Shown: positions 21,103 through 31,886 of the stretch, one piece after another | How the letters are laid out: the number at the start of each line of letters is the position of its first letter | Numbering within the stretch: position 1 is the first letter of the stretch | Assembly: GCA_035304545.1 (NCBI GenBank) | Contig: DATGPV010000061.1 | Span: 1,880 to 65,879, forward strand | Source: Limnochordales bacterium | GTDB lineage: Bacteria > Bacillota > Limnochordia > Limnochordales > ZCTH02-B6 | Length of the DNA stretch: 64,000 nucleotides | Reading direction: 5' to 3' | Notes under the pieces: model-generated | What the model was told of the DNA's origin: nothing | What the model saw: only the letters and a program-made list of their open reading frames with translations | Databases searched by the model: none | Translations under genes and position numbers: made by a program

Positions 21103-22305
21103 CTAGCCCGCGACGGCCGCGAGGGCCGCTTCCAGGATCCCGACGGCCTCATCCAGTTCCTCGCGGGTGACGATCAGCGGCGGCAAGAGCCGCAAAATGG
21201 ACTGGCCGATGGCGTTGACCAACAGGCCCCGTTCCTGGGCTGCGGCCATGACCCGCGGCGCGTCAACCCCGTCCAGCTCCACGCCCAGCATCAGGCCCAG
21301 GCCCCGCACTTCCCGAATCCACCCCCGCCGGCGGGCCAGCTCCTCCAGCCGCCCCCGCAGGTGCTGGCCTGCGGCCGCGGCGGCCTGGGCCAAGTCATCG
21401 CCCACCAGGGCGTCCAGCACCGCCAGGGCCACCCGGCACGCGAAGGGATTGCCGCCAAAGGTGGAGGCGTGGGCGCCGGGCGCGAAGGCGGCCGCGATCT
21501 CCTCCCGGGCCAGCATCGCTCCGATGGGGATGCCGCCGCCCAGGGCCTTGGCCAAGGTGAGGATGTCCGGCTTGACGCCGAAATGCTCATAGGCAAACAT
21601 CCGGCCGGTCCGCCCCAGCCCCGTCTGCACTTCGTCCAGGATCAAGAGCAGGCCGTGCCGGTCGCACAGCTCTCGCACGCCCCGCAAGTACCCGGGATCC
21701 GCGGGGTAGACGCCTGCTTCCCCTTGCACGGGTTCCAGCATAACCGCCGCGGTCTCGCCGTCGATCGCGGCCCGGAGGGCTTCCAGATCGTTGAAGGGTA
21801 CGTGGACGAACCCTGCGGGCAAGGGCGCAAACCCCTCGTGGTACTTGGGCTGGCCCGTGGCGGCCAGGGAGCCCAAGGTGCGCCCGTGAAAGGAGTTGAG
21901 GGCGGTAATGATCTTGTAGCGGTTTTGTCCCTGCCGCCGGCCCCAGCGGCGGGCCAGCTTGATCGCCGCCTCGTTGGCCTCGGTGCCGCTGTTGGCGAAA
22001 AACACCCGATCCAGGCCCGACAAGGCCGCAAGCCGGGCCGCCAGCTCCGCCTGGGGGCCAATATGGTACAGGTTGGACGTGTGCAGGATGTACCCGGCCG
22101 CCTCGCGGATGGCCGCAACCACCTTCGGGTGGCCATGGCCCAGGCTGTTGACCGCCAGCCCGCCCACAAAATCCAGATACGAGCGGCCTTCGGTGTCCCA
22201 CACCCGGGCGCCTTGGCCCCGGACCAAAGCCAGGGGCAGCCGGCCGTAGGTGCGCATGATGTGCTGATCCGTCAAGGCCTGGATTTCAGAAAAGGTCCGC
22301 GCCAT
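21103..22305 (-). CDS. argD: Acetylornithine aminotransferase
   Basis: [46 protein letters not shown]...[14 protein letters not shown]...[12 protein letters not shown] at 22305. The track's 615-aa version is over-extended into argB. Confidence 0.9.
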   Translation of the reverse strand: MARTFSEIQALTDQHIMRTYGRLPLALVRGQGARVWDTEGRSYLDFVGGLAVNSLGHGHPKVVAAIREAAGYILHTSNLYHIGPQAELAARLAALSGLDRVFFANSGTEANEAAIKLARRWGRRQGQNRYKIITALNSFHGRTLGSLAATGQPKYHEGFAPLPAGFVHVPFNDLEALRAAIDGETAAVMLEPVQGEAGVYPADPGYLRGVRELCDRHGLLLILDEVQTGLGRTGRMFAYEHFGVKPDILTLAKALGGGIPIGAMLAREEIAAAFAPGAHASTFGGNPFACRVALAVLDALVGDDLAQAAAAAGQHLRGRLEELARRRGWIREVRGLGLMLGVELDGVDAPRVMAAAQERGLLVNAIGQSILRLLPPLIVTREELDEAVGILEAALAAVAG

Positions 22306-22307
22306 GA

Positions 22308-23165
22308 TCAGCTCACCACCATCGTGCCGATGCCTTTGTCGGTAAAGATTTCCAAGAGCAAGGAGTGCAGCCGGCGGCCGTCGATGATGTGGGTGCGGGG
22401 CACGCCGCTCTCCAAAGCTTTGATGCACGCTTCCACTTTCGGGATCATGCCGCCGGAGATGCGGCCTTCGGCGATCATGCGCCGGGCCCGGTCCACCTCC
22501 AGGGCGGAAATGAGGGAGCGGGGATCTCCTTCGTCGGCGAAAATGCCCTCCACGTCCGTCAACATGATGAGCTTGTCCGCCTTGAGGGCGGCGGCCAAGT
22601 CCCCCGCGACCGCGTCGGCATTGATGTTGTAGCTCTCGCCGTCGTAGCCCGCGCCGATGGAGGCGATGACGGGAATGTAGCCCTCCTGGTTCAGCAAGTG
22701 CAGGAGGCCGGCGTTGATGGTTTCCACCTCGCCCACCAGGCCCAGATCGCCCCCGAGCTGGCGGGCGGTGATCAAGTTGCCGTCGTGGCCCGACAAGCCG
22801 ATGGCCTTGCCGCCGTACCGGTTGATGAGGCCGACAATGTCTTTGTTGACCTTGCCGGCCAGGACCATCTGGACGATCTCCATGGTTTCCGCGTCGGTGA
22901 CCCGCAGCCCGTTGACGAAGCGGGGCTCTTTGCCCACCTTGCGCATCCATTGGGAGATCTCCGGTCCGCCGCCGTGCACCAGCACCGGGTTGACGCCCAC
23001 GTACTTCAGCAGGATGACGTCGAGGATAACCGCCTTCTTGAGCTCGTCGTCGGTCATGGCGCTGCCGCCGTATTTGATCACGAAGGTTTTGCCAAAGAAG
23101 GTGCGGATGTAGGGCAGCGCCTCGATGAGCACCCGGGCCTTGTCCACCAGCTGCTCGTTGTTCAC
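22308..23165 (-). CDS. argB: Acetylglutamate kinase
   Basis: 285 aa: [21 protein letters not shown]...[10 protein letters not shown]. Confidence 0.95.
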   Translation of the reverse strand: MNNEQLVDKARVLIEALPYIRTFFGKTFVIKYGGSAMTDDELKKAVILDVILLKYVGVNPVLVHGGGPEISQWMRKVGKEPRFVNGLRVTDAETMEIVQMVLAGKVNKDIVGLINRYGGKAIGLSGHDGNLITARQLGGDLGLVGEVETINAGLLHLLNQEGYIPVIASIGAGYDGESYNINADAVAGDLAAALKADKLIMLTDVEGIFADEGDPRSLISALEVDRARRMIAEGRISGGMIPKVEACIKALESGVPRTHIIDGRRLHSLLLEIFTDKGIGTMVVS

Positions 23166-23178
23166 CGCCGGACCTCCT

Positions 23179-24414
23179 TCACGTCCGATAGCTCGCGTTG
23201 ATCTTGACGTACTCGTAGGTCAGGTCGCACGTCCACACCGTGGCCGCCGCGGGGCCCGCCTTGAGGTCTACCGTCAGCACCACGTCGGGCTCGTGCAGGA
23301 TCTCCTTGGCCTTGGCTTCGTCGAAGGACAGCCCGGCGCCGTTTTGGGCCACCAGCAGTTCCCCGATGTACACATCGACCCGGTTAGGGTCGAACTCCAC
23401 GCCCGCGTACCCGGCCGCGCACAAAATGCGGCCCCAGTTGGCGTCCTCGCCATAGATGGCGGTCTTGACCAGGTTGGACCGGGAGATGGAGCGGCCGATC
23501 TGCACCGCGTCCTCCTCGCTGCGGGCGCCCACCACGCGGATTTCCACCAGCTTGGTGGCCCCTTCGCCGTCCCGCACGATGGAGCGGGCCAGCGCGCCGT
23601 TGACGTAGTCCAGGGCTTGGGCAAAGGTCTCCAGCTCCGGGTCCTCCAGGGTGAGGGGCGCATGCCCCGCCATGCCGTTGGCCATTACCACCACCATGTC
23701 GTTGGTGCTGGTGTCGCCGTCCACCGAGATACGATTATAAGTCCGCTCCACCGATCCCCGCACCACCGCCTGCAGGGCCGCGGGTTCGATGGCCGCGTCG
23801 GTGGTGACGAAGGCCAGCATGGTGGCCATGTTGGGATGAATCATGCCGGAGCCTTTCGCGATGGCCCCGATGCGCACCGGGCGCCCCTTGATTTCCAGCT
23901 CGATGGCCAGCTCCTTGGGCACCTTGTCGGTGGTCATAATGGCTTCCGCTGCGTCGCGGCCGCCCTCGGTGCTCAAGAGCTGGGCAGCTTTGTGGATGCC
24001 CGAAGCGATCTTATCCATGGGCAGCGGCACGCCGATGACGCCCGTGGACGCGACGGCCACCTCCTGGGGCGCCACCCCCAGCGCCGCCGCGGTCAGCTCC
24101 GCCATGCGCCGGGCGTCGGCCATGCCCTGGGGGCCCGTGCAGGCGTTGGCGTTGCCGCTGTTGCAGACGATGGCCCGCAGGAAACCGCCCTGCACGTGCT
24201 CCCGGGTCACGTGCACCGGTGCGGCCTGGACCCGGTTGGTGGTAAAGGTGGCCGCCGCGGCCGCCCGTTCCTGGGACACGATCAAGGCCAAGTCCTTCCG
24301 ATAGCGCTTAAGGCCGATGTGCAGCCCGGCGGCGCGAAAGCCCCGTGGGGCTGCGACGCTCCCCGGGACTTCTTTGTAGGATGGGGTTCCGGCTTGTTCC
24401 AACGGTACGGCCAT
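23179..24414 (-). CDS. argJ: Bifunctional glutamate N-acetyltransferase / amino-acid acetyltransferase
   Basis: 411 aa with the autoprocessing site region [18 protein letters not shown]. Confidence 0.95.
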   Translation of the reverse strand: MAVPLEQAGTPSYKEVPGSVAAPRGFRAAGLHIGLKRYRKDLALIVSQERAAAAATFTTNRVQAAPVHVTREHVQGGFLRAIVCNSGNANACTGPQGMADARRMAELTAAALGVAPQEVAVASTGVIGVPLPMDKIASGIHKAAQLLSTEGGRDAAEAIMTTDKVPKELAIELEIKGRPVRIGAIAKGSGMIHPNMATMLAFVTTDAAIEPAALQAVVRGSVERTYNRISVDGDTSTNDMVVVMANGMAGHAPLTLEDPELETFAQALDYVNGALARSIVRDGEGATKLVEIRVVGARSEEDAVQIGRSISRSNLVKTAIYGEDANWGRILCAAGYAGVEFDPNRVDVYIGELLVAQNGAGLSFDEAKAKEILHEPDVVLTVDLKAGPAAATVWTCDLTYEYVKINASYRT

Positions 24415-24445
24415 GGGCAGTCACCCTCCTGTCTACAGATTGCCG

Positions 24446-25501
24446 CTACGGGTACAGGCCCGGGGCCTGCAGGCCCAGGGTCTCGTCGAGGCCAAACATC
24501 AGGTTCATGTTTTGCACCGCTTGGCCCGCGGCGCCCTTGACCAGGTTGTCGATGGCCGACAGCACGATGAGGCGGCCGCTGCGCTCGTCCACCCGGGCCG
24601 TCACATCGCAAAAGTTGGAGCCCAGCACGGCCTTGGTCTGGGGCAGGCGGTCCTCCCCCACCACCCGCACAAAGGGCTCGCCCCGATAATACTCCCGCAG
24701 GAGGTGCAGCGCGTCCTGGGTGGTCAACGCCTGCGTCAAGCGCAGGTTCAAAGTGGCCAAGATGCCCCGGCTCATGGGCACCAGGTGGGGCACAAAGCTG
24801 ACCATGACCTCGCCGCCGCCCCGGGCTGCCAACAGGTGGCGGATGCCCTGCTCCATCTCGCCGGTATGGCGGTGGCCCGGCACGCCGTAGGCCCGCACGT
24901 TTTCCGTGGCCTCCGGGTAATGGTACATGGGCCCCGGGGTGCTGCCCGCGCCCGAAACCCCCGACATGGCGGCCACCACCACTGCGGCCGTGTCGATGAC
25001 GCCTCCGTGGACGAAGGGCGCGATGCCCAGCAGCACACTGGTGGGATAGCAGCCGGGGTTGGCCACCAGGCGGGCCGCCTTGATGGCCTCCCGGTGCAGC
25101 TCCGGCAGGCCGTACACCGCTTCCTGCAGGAGCTCGGTCTGCTGATGGTCCCGGCCGTACCACCGCCGGTACTCCGCGGGATCCCGGAAGCGGAAGTCGG
25201 TGCCGATGTCAACGACCTTGACGCCTTGGGCCACCAGCTCCGCGGCCAGCGACATGGAGGCGCCGTGGGGCACCGCCAAGAACACCACATCGCAGCGGGC
25301 CGCCATGGCGGCGGTATCGATGGGCTCGTACTCCAGGTCCACGATGCCCGCCAAGCCCGGATGGGTGGCCGCCACCGCCTGGCCCGCCTGGTTGCGGGAG
25401 GCGGCGTACACCACCTGGGCCCCGGGATGTTGAGAAATTATGCGCATGAGTTCGCCGCCGGCGTAGCCCGTGCCCCCGACGATCCCCACCCGCACGGTCA
25501 T
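24446..25501 (-). CDS. argC: N-acetyl-gamma-glutamyl-phosphate reductase
   Basis: MTVRVGIVGGTGYAGGELMRII...VANPGCYPTSVLL (active-site Cys). ATG at 25501. Confidence 0.95.
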   Translation of the reverse strand: MTVRVGIVGGTGYAGGELMRIISQHPGAQVVYAASRNQAGQAVAATHPGLAGIVDLEYEPIDTAAMAARCDVVFLAVPHGASMSLAAELVAQGVKVVDIGTDFRFRDPAEYRRWYGRDHQQTELLQEAVYGLPELHREAIKAARLVANPGCYPTSVLLGIAPFVHGGVIDTAAVVVAAMSGVSGAGSTPGPMYHYPEATENVRAYGVPGHRHTGEMEQGIRHLLAARGGGEVMVSFVPHLVPMSRGILATLNLRLTQALTTQDALHLLREYYRGEPFVRVVGEDRLPQTKAVLGSNFCDVTARVDERSGRLIVLSAIDNLVKGAAGQAVQNMNLMFGLDETLGLQAPGLYP

Positions 25502-25574
25502 GATCGAGGCCAACCCCTTTCCTGTCCTGCTCGCACCGGGCCGCCCGCGGGGCGCCGGCAGCCCACATAGGATG

Positions 25575-25605
25575 ATTATACTATCGGCATGAATAAAATT
25601 GCAAT
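25575..25605 (-). promoter_or_regulatory. arg operon promoter with overlapping ArgR/AhrC ARG box
   Basis: Minus strand: TTGCAA (25604..25599), an 18-nt spacer, then TATAAT (25580..25575). The plus strand CATGAATAAAATTGCAAT (25588..25605) matches the Bacillus ARG-box consensus CATGAATAAAAATKCAAK at 17/18 positions (consensus quoted from memory). It sits in an AT-rich island within GC-rich DNA. Confidence 0.7.
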
Positions 25606-25624
25606 CCCCGCGGGCGCCCCGGCA

Positions 25625-25657
25625 CAAAAAAATCACCGGGGCCGTGCCGCCGGTGTT
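25625..25657 (-). terminator. Intrinsic terminator after murA
   Basis: Minus strand: CACCGG-CGGCACGGCC-CCGGTG followed by ATTTTTTTG. Confidence 0.6.
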
Positions 25658-25697
25658 GTTGACCGCCGCGTCGATGGATGCGCCCGGGCAGGGCCGG

Positions 25698-27041
25698 CTA
25701 TTCGATCCACTCCACCGCCACGCCCAGCCCCGCCAGCTTTTCCACCAGGCGCTCATATCCCCGCTGGATGTGCTCCACGCCGTCGATGACGGTTTCCCCT
25801 TCCGCCGCGACGCCGGCCACGATGAGGGACGCGCCCATGCGCAGATTGGTGGCGGTGACCGGTGCCCCCGTAAGCCGCTCCACGCCTTCGATCAAGGCCG
25901 TGCGCCCATCGGTCTTGAGCCGGCCGCCCAACCGGCGCAGCTCGTCCACGTGGCCAAAGCGGTCCTCGAAGATGCGCTCGCTGATGACGCTCGTCCCTTG
26001 CGCGAGCAGCAAAAAGGCCGACAGTTGCGGCTGCAAGTCCGTGGGGAAACCGGGATAGGGCAGCGTCTTGACCTGCAGGGGCTTGGGCCGGCCCGCGAGC
26101 CGGGCCGTGATCGCGTCGCCGCAGTCGGCCAATTCCACGCCGGCCTCCTCCAGCTTGGCCAGGAGGGCCTCCAGGTGGGTCGGGATGACGTTCTCCACCG
26201 TGACGCTGCCGCCGCCCGCGAGCCCGGCCAGCAGGTAGGTGCCGGCCTCGATGCGGTCGGGGATGATGGAGTACTCCACGGGACGCAAGGGGTGGCCGCC
26301 CTCGATCTTGATGGTGTCGGTGCCGGCCCCCACCACCCGACCGCCCATGGCATTGAGGAAGTTGGCCAGGTCCACCACCTCGGGCTCCTTGGCCGCGTTG
26401 TAAATGACCGTGACGCCCCGGGCCGCGGTGGCCGCCATCATCACATTTTCCGTCGCGCCCACGCTGGGAAAGTCCAGGTAGATCTCGGTGCCCAGCAGGC
26501 TGCGGGCCTCGGCCTCGATGTAACCGTGCTCGATGTCCACCTCGGCGCCCAGCTCCCGCAGACCCTTAAGGTGCAGATCCAGCGGCCGGGAACCGATGTT
26601 GCACCCGCCCGGCAAAGGCACCCGGGCCCGGCCCAGGCGGGCCACCAGGGGACCCAGCAGCAGCACCGACGCCCGCAGGCGCCTGGCCAGCGGGTAGGGC
26701 ACCTCGTGCCCGATGGGGCCTGCCGTCATGACCTGCAGCTCCCCGTCGCCCGACGGGACCACGGAGGCACCTAGAGCGTTCAAAATTTCCCGCTGGACGG
26801 CCACGTCGGCGATGTCCGGCACGTTTTGCAGGACCGACGCCCCGTCGGCCAGCAGGCACGCCGGCAACAGGGCCACGGCGGAATTCTTGGCGCCCGATAT
26901 CCGCACCCGGCCGTCCCGTTTCACCCGGCCCCGGATCAGCAAACGGGGAGCCACGGACACGATAGGGTTGCTTCTTGCCTGGTAAACGATACCCATGACG
27001 GCGGTATCTTCGGCGCGGATTGCCAAGTTCCTCCCTGCCAT
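25698..27041 (-). CDS. murA: UDP-N-acetylglucosamine 1-carboxyvinyltransferase
   Basis: 447 aa: RISGAKNSAVALLPACLLADG...PLPGGCNIGSRPLDLH (catalytic Cys). The start may be the internal Met at 26996. Confidence 0.9.
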   Translation of the reverse strand: MAGRNLAIRAEDTAVMGIVYQARSNPIVSVAPRLLIRGRVKRDGRVRISGAKNSAVALLPACLLADGASVLQNVPDIADVAVQREILNALGASVVPSGDGELQVMTAGPIGHEVPYPLARRLRASVLLLGPLVARLGRARVPLPGGCNIGSRPLDLHLKGLRELGAEVDIEHGYIEAEARSLLGTEIYLDFPSVGATENVMMAATAARGVTVIYNAAKEPEVVDLANFLNAMGGRVVGAGTDTIKIEGGHPLRPVEYSIIPDRIEAGTYLLAGLAGGGSVTVENVIPTHLEALLAKLEEAGVELADCGDAITARLAGRPKPLQVKTLPYPGFPTDLQPQLSAFLLLAQGTSVISERIFEDRFGHVDELRRLGGRLKTDGRTALIEGVERLTGAPVTATNLRMGASLIVAGVAAEGETVIDGVEHIQRGYERLVEKLAGLGVAVEWIE

Positions 27042-27098
27042 GCCAGTTCTTGTAGGTCCCGGGCCCTTCGCGCTAGGTCCCGCCGGCCGTTCCAGGAC

Positions 27099-27905
27099 TT
27101 ATGGCCCCTGCAGAGGGTAGGCCCGCGGCCCGTCCCCCGCGGGTTCGAACGCGGTCGCGGCTGCCGGTGCCGCCTGCCCGCTGAGAAATACAAAGATGCC
27201 GTGGGCGATGGCCGCCGCCAGGCGCCGCTGGTAGGCGGGGTCTTTCAAAAGCTGCTCCTCCTGGGGATTGGACAAGAACCCCACTTCCACCAAGGCCGCG
27301 GGGGCCTCCACCGCCCGCAGGATGGCCAGATCCGCCGGGCGGGCCGTGCGGCGGTTGGGGCCCAGCTGCTGGACCAGCGCCGTCTGGATGGCCACGGCCA
27401 GGCGGCGGCTCTCCTCGTCCCCGTCCCGGTAAAAGGTCTGGGCGCCGGACCAGACGGGGCTGGGGAAGCTGTTGGCGTGCAGGCTGACAAAGACGTCCAC
27501 GCCCGCTTCGTTGGCCAGGGCCGCCCGCCGCCGCAGGTCTTCCCGCTGGCGGTGGGACACCCGCTCGCCTTGGATCAAGTCATGGTCGCCGGTCCGGGTC
27601 ATGACCGTGTACACGGCGCTCCGGTGCAACAGCTGCTGGAGCTCCCGCGCGATGGCCAACGTGATGTCCTTTTCCCGCACGCCGGTTACCCCGATGGCCC
27701 CGGGGTCCGGACCGCCGTGGCCCGGGTCGATGGCCACCACCCGGCCCGGCACCGTCTCCGCGAAGGGTGCGGCCGCGGGCTGCGGCCGCAGCCACCACGC
27801 GGCCAAGCCCAAAAAGAGGCCGGCCGCCACGCTCGCGGCCGCGAGCCGGATGGCCACGCGGCGCCCCGGGATGACCACCAGCAGCGGTCCCCGCAAAAGC
27901 CCCAT
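27099..27905 (-). CDS. cwlD: N-acetylmuramoyl-L-alanine amidase (Amidase_3, CwlD-like, N-terminal anchor)
   Basis: VVAIDPGHGGPDPGAIGVTGVREKDITLAIAREL...FVSLHANSF...GAQTFY...LVEVGFLSNPQEE. Confidence 0.7.
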   Translation of the reverse strand: MGLLRGPLLVVIPGRRVAIRLAAASVAAGLFLGLAAWWLRPQPAAAPFAETVPGRVVAIDPGHGGPDPGAIGVTGVREKDITLAIARELQQLLHRSAVYTVMTRTGDHDLIQGERVSHRQREDLRRRAALANEAGVDVFVSLHANSFPSPVWSGAQTFYRDGDEESRRLAVAIQTALVQQLGPNRRTARPADLAILRAVEAPAALVEVGFLSNPQEEQLLKDPAYQRRLAAAIAHGIFVFLSGQAAPAAATAFEPAGDGPRAYPLQGP

Positions 27906-27955
27906 CCCACCCCTGCAGGCCGGTTCTGGAAAAGCTTATTCGCCGGTGCTGACCG

Positions 27956-28648
27956 CTAGACCGCCGGGCCGCCCTCTCCCTCTCGAGCCTGGCCGCGGGC
28001 TTCGTTCCAGGCCGGGCTGTCCGCTTCCTCCCCGACCGGGGCGCCTTGTTCCTCCCGCACCGCTTCCAGCACCCGGTAGCCGCCGCCCTTGGCCACTTCC
28101 CGCACGTTCCCAAACACCGCCGCCATGTGCTGGGCGAGGCTGCGGGCGCCCTGGCTGGTGCGGGCCACCATAAGGAGCCGCCCGCCGGGCTCCAGGTGGC
28201 GGTAGGCTTCCTCTACCCACCCGTACACTACCCGCTTGCCGGCCCGGATGGGCGGGTTGGAGACGATGAGAGAGAACTTGCGCCCGGCGGCGGGCCCAAA
28301 CCCGTCGCCCACCACCGCCGAGGCGTTGCCGATGCCGTTGCGGGCCAGGTTTTCCCGGGCCAGGGCCACCGCCCGCTCGTTGACGTCCACCATCAGGACG
28401 CGGGCCGCGGGCGACTCCGCCGCGACGACCACGCCCACGGGCCCGTACCCGCAGCCCAGATCCAGCACGGGGCCCGCCGCGGGCAGCGGCAGGTGCTCGA
28501 TGAGCAGGCGGGTCCCCTTGTCCACGCGGCCCCGGGAAAACACGCCCGCGTCGGTCACGAAGACGTACTCGCGGCCCCGCAGCGCCACCGTCACGGTGCG
28601 GGGCCGGCGGGCCGCCTGGGGTTGGGCGCTGAAGTAGTGCTCGCTCAT
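27956..28648 (-). CDS. Class I SAM-dependent methyltransferase (RsmC/RlmG-like small-domain MTase)
   Basis: VLDLGCGYGPVGVVVA (motif I) and IVSNPPIRAGK (NPPxH-like motif IV). The ATG overlaps the upstream stop (ATGA). Confidence 0.75.
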   Translation of the reverse strand: MSEHYFSAQPQAARRPRTVTVALRGREYVFVTDAGVFSRGRVDKGTRLLIEHLPLPAAGPVLDLGCGYGPVGVVVAAESPAARVLMVDVNERAVALARENLARNGIGNASAVVGDGFGPAAGRKFSLIVSNPPIRAGKRVVYGWVEEAYRHLEPGGRLLMVARTSQGARSLAQHMAAVFGNVREVAKGGGYRVLEAVREEQGAPVGEEADSPAWNEARGQAREGEGGPAV

Positions 28649-29889
28649 GGGCTCCAGCGGGCGGGATCAAAGGGATTGGGCCCCGCCGGCGGGTTTCCGG
28701 TGACGTAGTCGGCGATCATTTTCGCCGTACCGGGAGCCAAGGGCAGTCCCGCCGTGCTGTGGCCCGACGCAATGAACGCGTTGGCAAAGCCCGGCACCGG
28801 CCCGATGACCGGCAACCCGTCGGGCGTCACCGGGCGCATGCCCACCCACTCCACGGCCTCAAGGCCCCGGTCGTAGTTGGGCAAGTACTCGGGGATCTTC
28901 CTGTGCAGCGCCTCGATGCGCGCCCGCTCCATGTGCAGGTTGATGCCGGAAAACTCGATGGTGCCCGCGTAGCGGGTGCCCCGGTGCAGGGGCGTGCACG
29001 CGATCTTCGCGTCAGCCAGGAACAAGGCCGTCTGCAGCCGGGGATTGGCCGTGGAAAACTGGAGGCTGTAGCCTTTGCCCGCCTGCATGGGCAACGAGTA
29101 GCCCAAAGGTTTCGCCAGCTCGCCGGCCCACGCGCCGGCGGCGATGACCACGTCGTCCGCGGCCACCGTCTCGGTCTTGGTCTTGACGCCCGTCAAGCGG
29201 TCGCCCTGCCGCTCAAACCCGGTCACTTCGGTGGAAAACAGGAGCCGCACGCCGTCGGCGGCCAGCCGGTCGGCCAGGGCCCGCAGCACCGAGCCGGGGT
29301 CCACGTGGCGCGCCTCGTGGATGAACACGCCGCCCACCACGCCCGGGCCCAGCTCAGGCTCCATGGCGCGGACTTCCTGGGCCGACAGCCGCTGGGGCTC
29401 GCCCAGGCCCAGCTCGGCCATGGTCTGGTGGTCCTTGAACCCGATCTCCCAGGCCTTCTCGTCCAGGTAGACGCTGAGCAGGCCCCGGTGGTGCATTTCG
29501 AATTGCAGGCCGTCTTCCACCAGCTGATCGTACCCGGCGTGGGCCATCCGGGTGAGGCTGGCGGTGGCCTCGCACCCCCGCCGATAGGCCTCGGGGTTGC
29601 AATACTTGAGGAACTGGGTGAACCAACCCGTCAGCCGGGGCAGCGCGGTGGGCTTGATGTACAGCGGGCTGTCGGGCTGCATCATCATCTTGAGGCCTTC
29701 CCAATGCAAGCCCGGCGCCGGCAAGGGCAGCGCCCGGGCGGGGATGACCCAGCCCGCGTTGCCAAAGGAGGAGCCCGAGCCCAGCTCGGCCTTGTCGATG
29801 ACCACCACGTCCAGCTCCCGCCGCCGGAGCTCGTAGGCAATCCAAAGGCCCACGATGCCGGCGCCGACGACCACCACTCGCTTTGTCAT
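28645..29889 (-). CDS. FAD-dependent oxidoreductase (DadA / D-amino-acid dehydrogenase-like)
   Basis: MTKRVVVVGAGIVGLWIAYELRRRELDVVVIDKAELGSGSSFGNAGWV... The ATG at 29889 follows AAGGAGA. Confidence 0.8.
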   Translation of the reverse strand: MTKRVVVVGAGIVGLWIAYELRRRELDVVVIDKAELGSGSSFGNAGWVIPARALPLPAPGLHWEGLKMMMQPDSPLYIKPTALPRLTGWFTQFLKYCNPEAYRRGCEATASLTRMAHAGYDQLVEDGLQFEMHHRGLLSVYLDEKAWEIGFKDHQTMAELGLGEPQRLSAQEVRAMEPELGPGVVGGVFIHEARHVDPGSVLRALADRLAADGVRLLFSTEVTGFERQGDRLTGVKTKTETVAADDVVIAAGAWAGELAKPLGYSLPMQAGKGYSLQFSTANPRLQTALFLADAKIACTPLHRGTRYAGTIEFSGINLHMERARIEALHRKIPEYLPNYDRGLEAVEWVGMRPVTPDGLPVIGPVPGFANAFIASGHSTAGLPLAPGTAKMIADYVTGNPPAGPNPFDPARWSP

Positions 29890-30022
29890 AGGCACATCTC
29901 CTTGTCGGGCAATTCCCACGGTGTCGTCCGAGGACGCTCGCGCCACAGGCGAGCACCGCATCGGTGGTATTCGCTGCGCTCCGGTTCAAACCCTGGCCCC
30001 CAGCGGGTCCGGGCGCCCGCAG

Positions 30023-30661
30023 CTACGGCGGCGCCGGATCCTGGGAAGGACGCAGGACGCCCCGTTCGGTGATGACCAGGTCGACGCGTTGATCGTGGGG
30101 GTCTTCCGGCAGCGCGTCCACTACCTGCACGGAAAAGGCCCACCCGACCCGCACGGCCCGCCGGGAAAGCCGCGCCAGGAACCGGTCGTAATACCCGCCC
30201 CCCTGGCCCAGCCGCCGCCCGGCCCGGTCAAACCCGACGCCGGGCACCACCACCGCGTCCAGCCCGGCGGGGTCCATGGGCGGCGCTCCGGCGGGCGGCT
30301 CCAGGATGCCCCGGTACGGCCCCGGCACCAGCTGGTCCCAGCTGGCCACCGCCACCGCGTCCATCTCGCCGGGGCGCCCCGGCACAAGGCGCGGAAAACA
30401 CACCGTCCGCCCCGCTGCCCAGAGGCGCTGGGCCAAGGGTTGGGTGGGCGCCTCGCTGCCCGCGGCCGCGTACACCATCACACGCCGGGCCGCAGCCAAC
30501 TCCGGCACCGAGAAAAAGAAGTCGGCCATGCGCCGGCCCCACGCGGCCCGCATCGCCGCGTCCACGGCCCGCCGGCGGGCCGCCAGCAGCCGGCGCCACG
30601 AGGCCTTGCCCGCCAGCGGGGACCCGGGATCCTGGCGCTGTCCACGGGTTGCGTCCTGCAT
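30023..30661 (-). CDS. 5-formyltetrahydrofolate cyclo-ligase
   Basis: WRRLLAARRRAVD...VMVYAAAGSEAPT...VVVPGVGFDRAGRRLGQGGGYYDRFL. Start picked at ATG 30661 (GGAGAG upstream). The track's N-terminal extension is low-complexity. Confidence 0.8.
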   Translation of the reverse strand: MQDATRGQRQDPGSPLAGKASWRRLLAARRRAVDAAMRAAWGRRMADFFFSVPELAAARRVMVYAAAGSEAPTQPLAQRLWAAGRTVCFPRLVPGRPGEMDAVAVASWDQLVPGPYRGILEPPAGAPPMDPAGLDAVVVPGVGFDRAGRRLGQGGGYYDRFLARLSRRAVRVGWAFSVQVVDALPEDPHDQRVDLVITERGVLRPSQDPAPP

Positions 30662-30863
30662 AGGATCTCTCCATCCGCGGCCCTGGGCCTTGCCCCCAAG
30701 GGAGCCGGGTCCGCACCCTCCAGCGCGGAGCTCTGCCCCCAGCGCGCCGCCCCCAGAGCCCCAGCGCCGGGGAAACAAATCCCCTGGGCCATGCCCCAGG
30801 CTCCCGGGCACAGCGCCGCCCGCCGGGCGCCGCAACAGGGCGCGGGCAACGGCCCGTCCCCGG

Positions 30864-31841
30864 CTACCCCGTCCGGCCCCCCGTCTCCGCTGAGGCCGGC
30901 ACCGGCGCCTCCTCCGGGCCCCGCCAGCGCAGGAACACCAAGATGCCCGTCAAGATCAAGGCGCCCCCGGCCACCTGGATGGGCTCGGGCACTTCCGCCA
31001 ACACCAGCAAAGCCAGCAGCGTCGCGCCCACCGGTTCGCCCAGGACGCTGACGGCCACCACCGAAGCTGGCACGTGCTGCAGCGCCCAGTTGAACACCGT
31101 ATGCCCTAACAGCGTCGGCCCTACCGCGAGGCCAAAAAAGATGAGCCACTCGGACGGCCCGTGCCCGGTCAGGGGGACCCCCATGACCAAGGCGGCCACC
31201 CCCAGGGTCGCCGCGGCCGCACCGTAGAGCCAGAAAACGTATACCAACAGCGGCACTCGCCGCCGCACCCGCTGCCCGATGAGCAGGTAGACGGAAACGA
31301 GGATGGCCGCCGCCACCGCCAGAGCGTCGCCCAGCAGCCGCCCGCCCGCGGCCTCCAGGGCATCGGCGCCGATGAGGTACACGCCGCCCAGGGCGATGGC
31401 GATGCCTAAGAGGGAAGCCGGCGCCGTCTTCTCCCGCCACAGGAGGTAGGCCATGAGCATGACCCAGATGGGCTGGGTGGTCACCAGCACCGTCGCGCTG
31501 GCCACGCTGGTCAGCCGCAAGGACGCGAACCACACGGCGTAGTGCAGCGCCAGAAACACCCCGGCCGCGACGGCCGCGCCTACGTCCCGGGCGCCCGGCG
31601 CCAACAGGGCTCTCCCTTGCCGGGCCAGCACCACGGGGGCCAGCAGGAGCCACGTCAGCACAAGACGGTAAAAGGCCAGCGCCACGGGGGGAGTGCTGGA
31701 CAGCTTGACCAGCACCGCCGACGACGACACGGCCACCACGCCCAGGGCAATCAGCGCGTAAATGTGCCGAGGCGTTTCCGCCCTGCCCACGTCCTCCCCT
31801 CCCCTGCCGCGCGGGCCGCCCGCCCGCCACATCCCTGGCAC
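30864..31841 (-). CDS. EamA/DMT-family transporter
   Basis: About 10 TM helices and a duplicated EamA-like pattern (ALIALGVVAVSSSAVLVKLS...). The start is uncertain. Confidence 0.75.
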   Translation of the reverse strand: MPGMWRAGGPRGRGGEDVGRAETPRHIYALIALGVVAVSSSAVLVKLSSTPPVALAFYRLVLTWLLLAPVVLARQGRALLAPGARDVGAAVAAGVFLALHYAVWFASLRLTSVASATVLVTTQPIWVMLMAYLLWREKTAPASLLGIAIALGGVYLIGADALEAAGGRLLGDALAVAAAILVSVYLLIGQRVRRRVPLLVYVFWLYGAAAATLGVAALVMGVPLTGHGPSEWLIFFGLAVGPTLLGHTVFNWALQHVPASVVAVSVLGEPVGATLLALLVLAEVPEPIQVAGGALILTGILVFLRWRGPEEAPVPASAETGGRTG

Positions 31842-31886
31842 CCCGGGCCGGCCCTGGGCGTTCCGGCCGTTGGAGCCGAATCTTTC

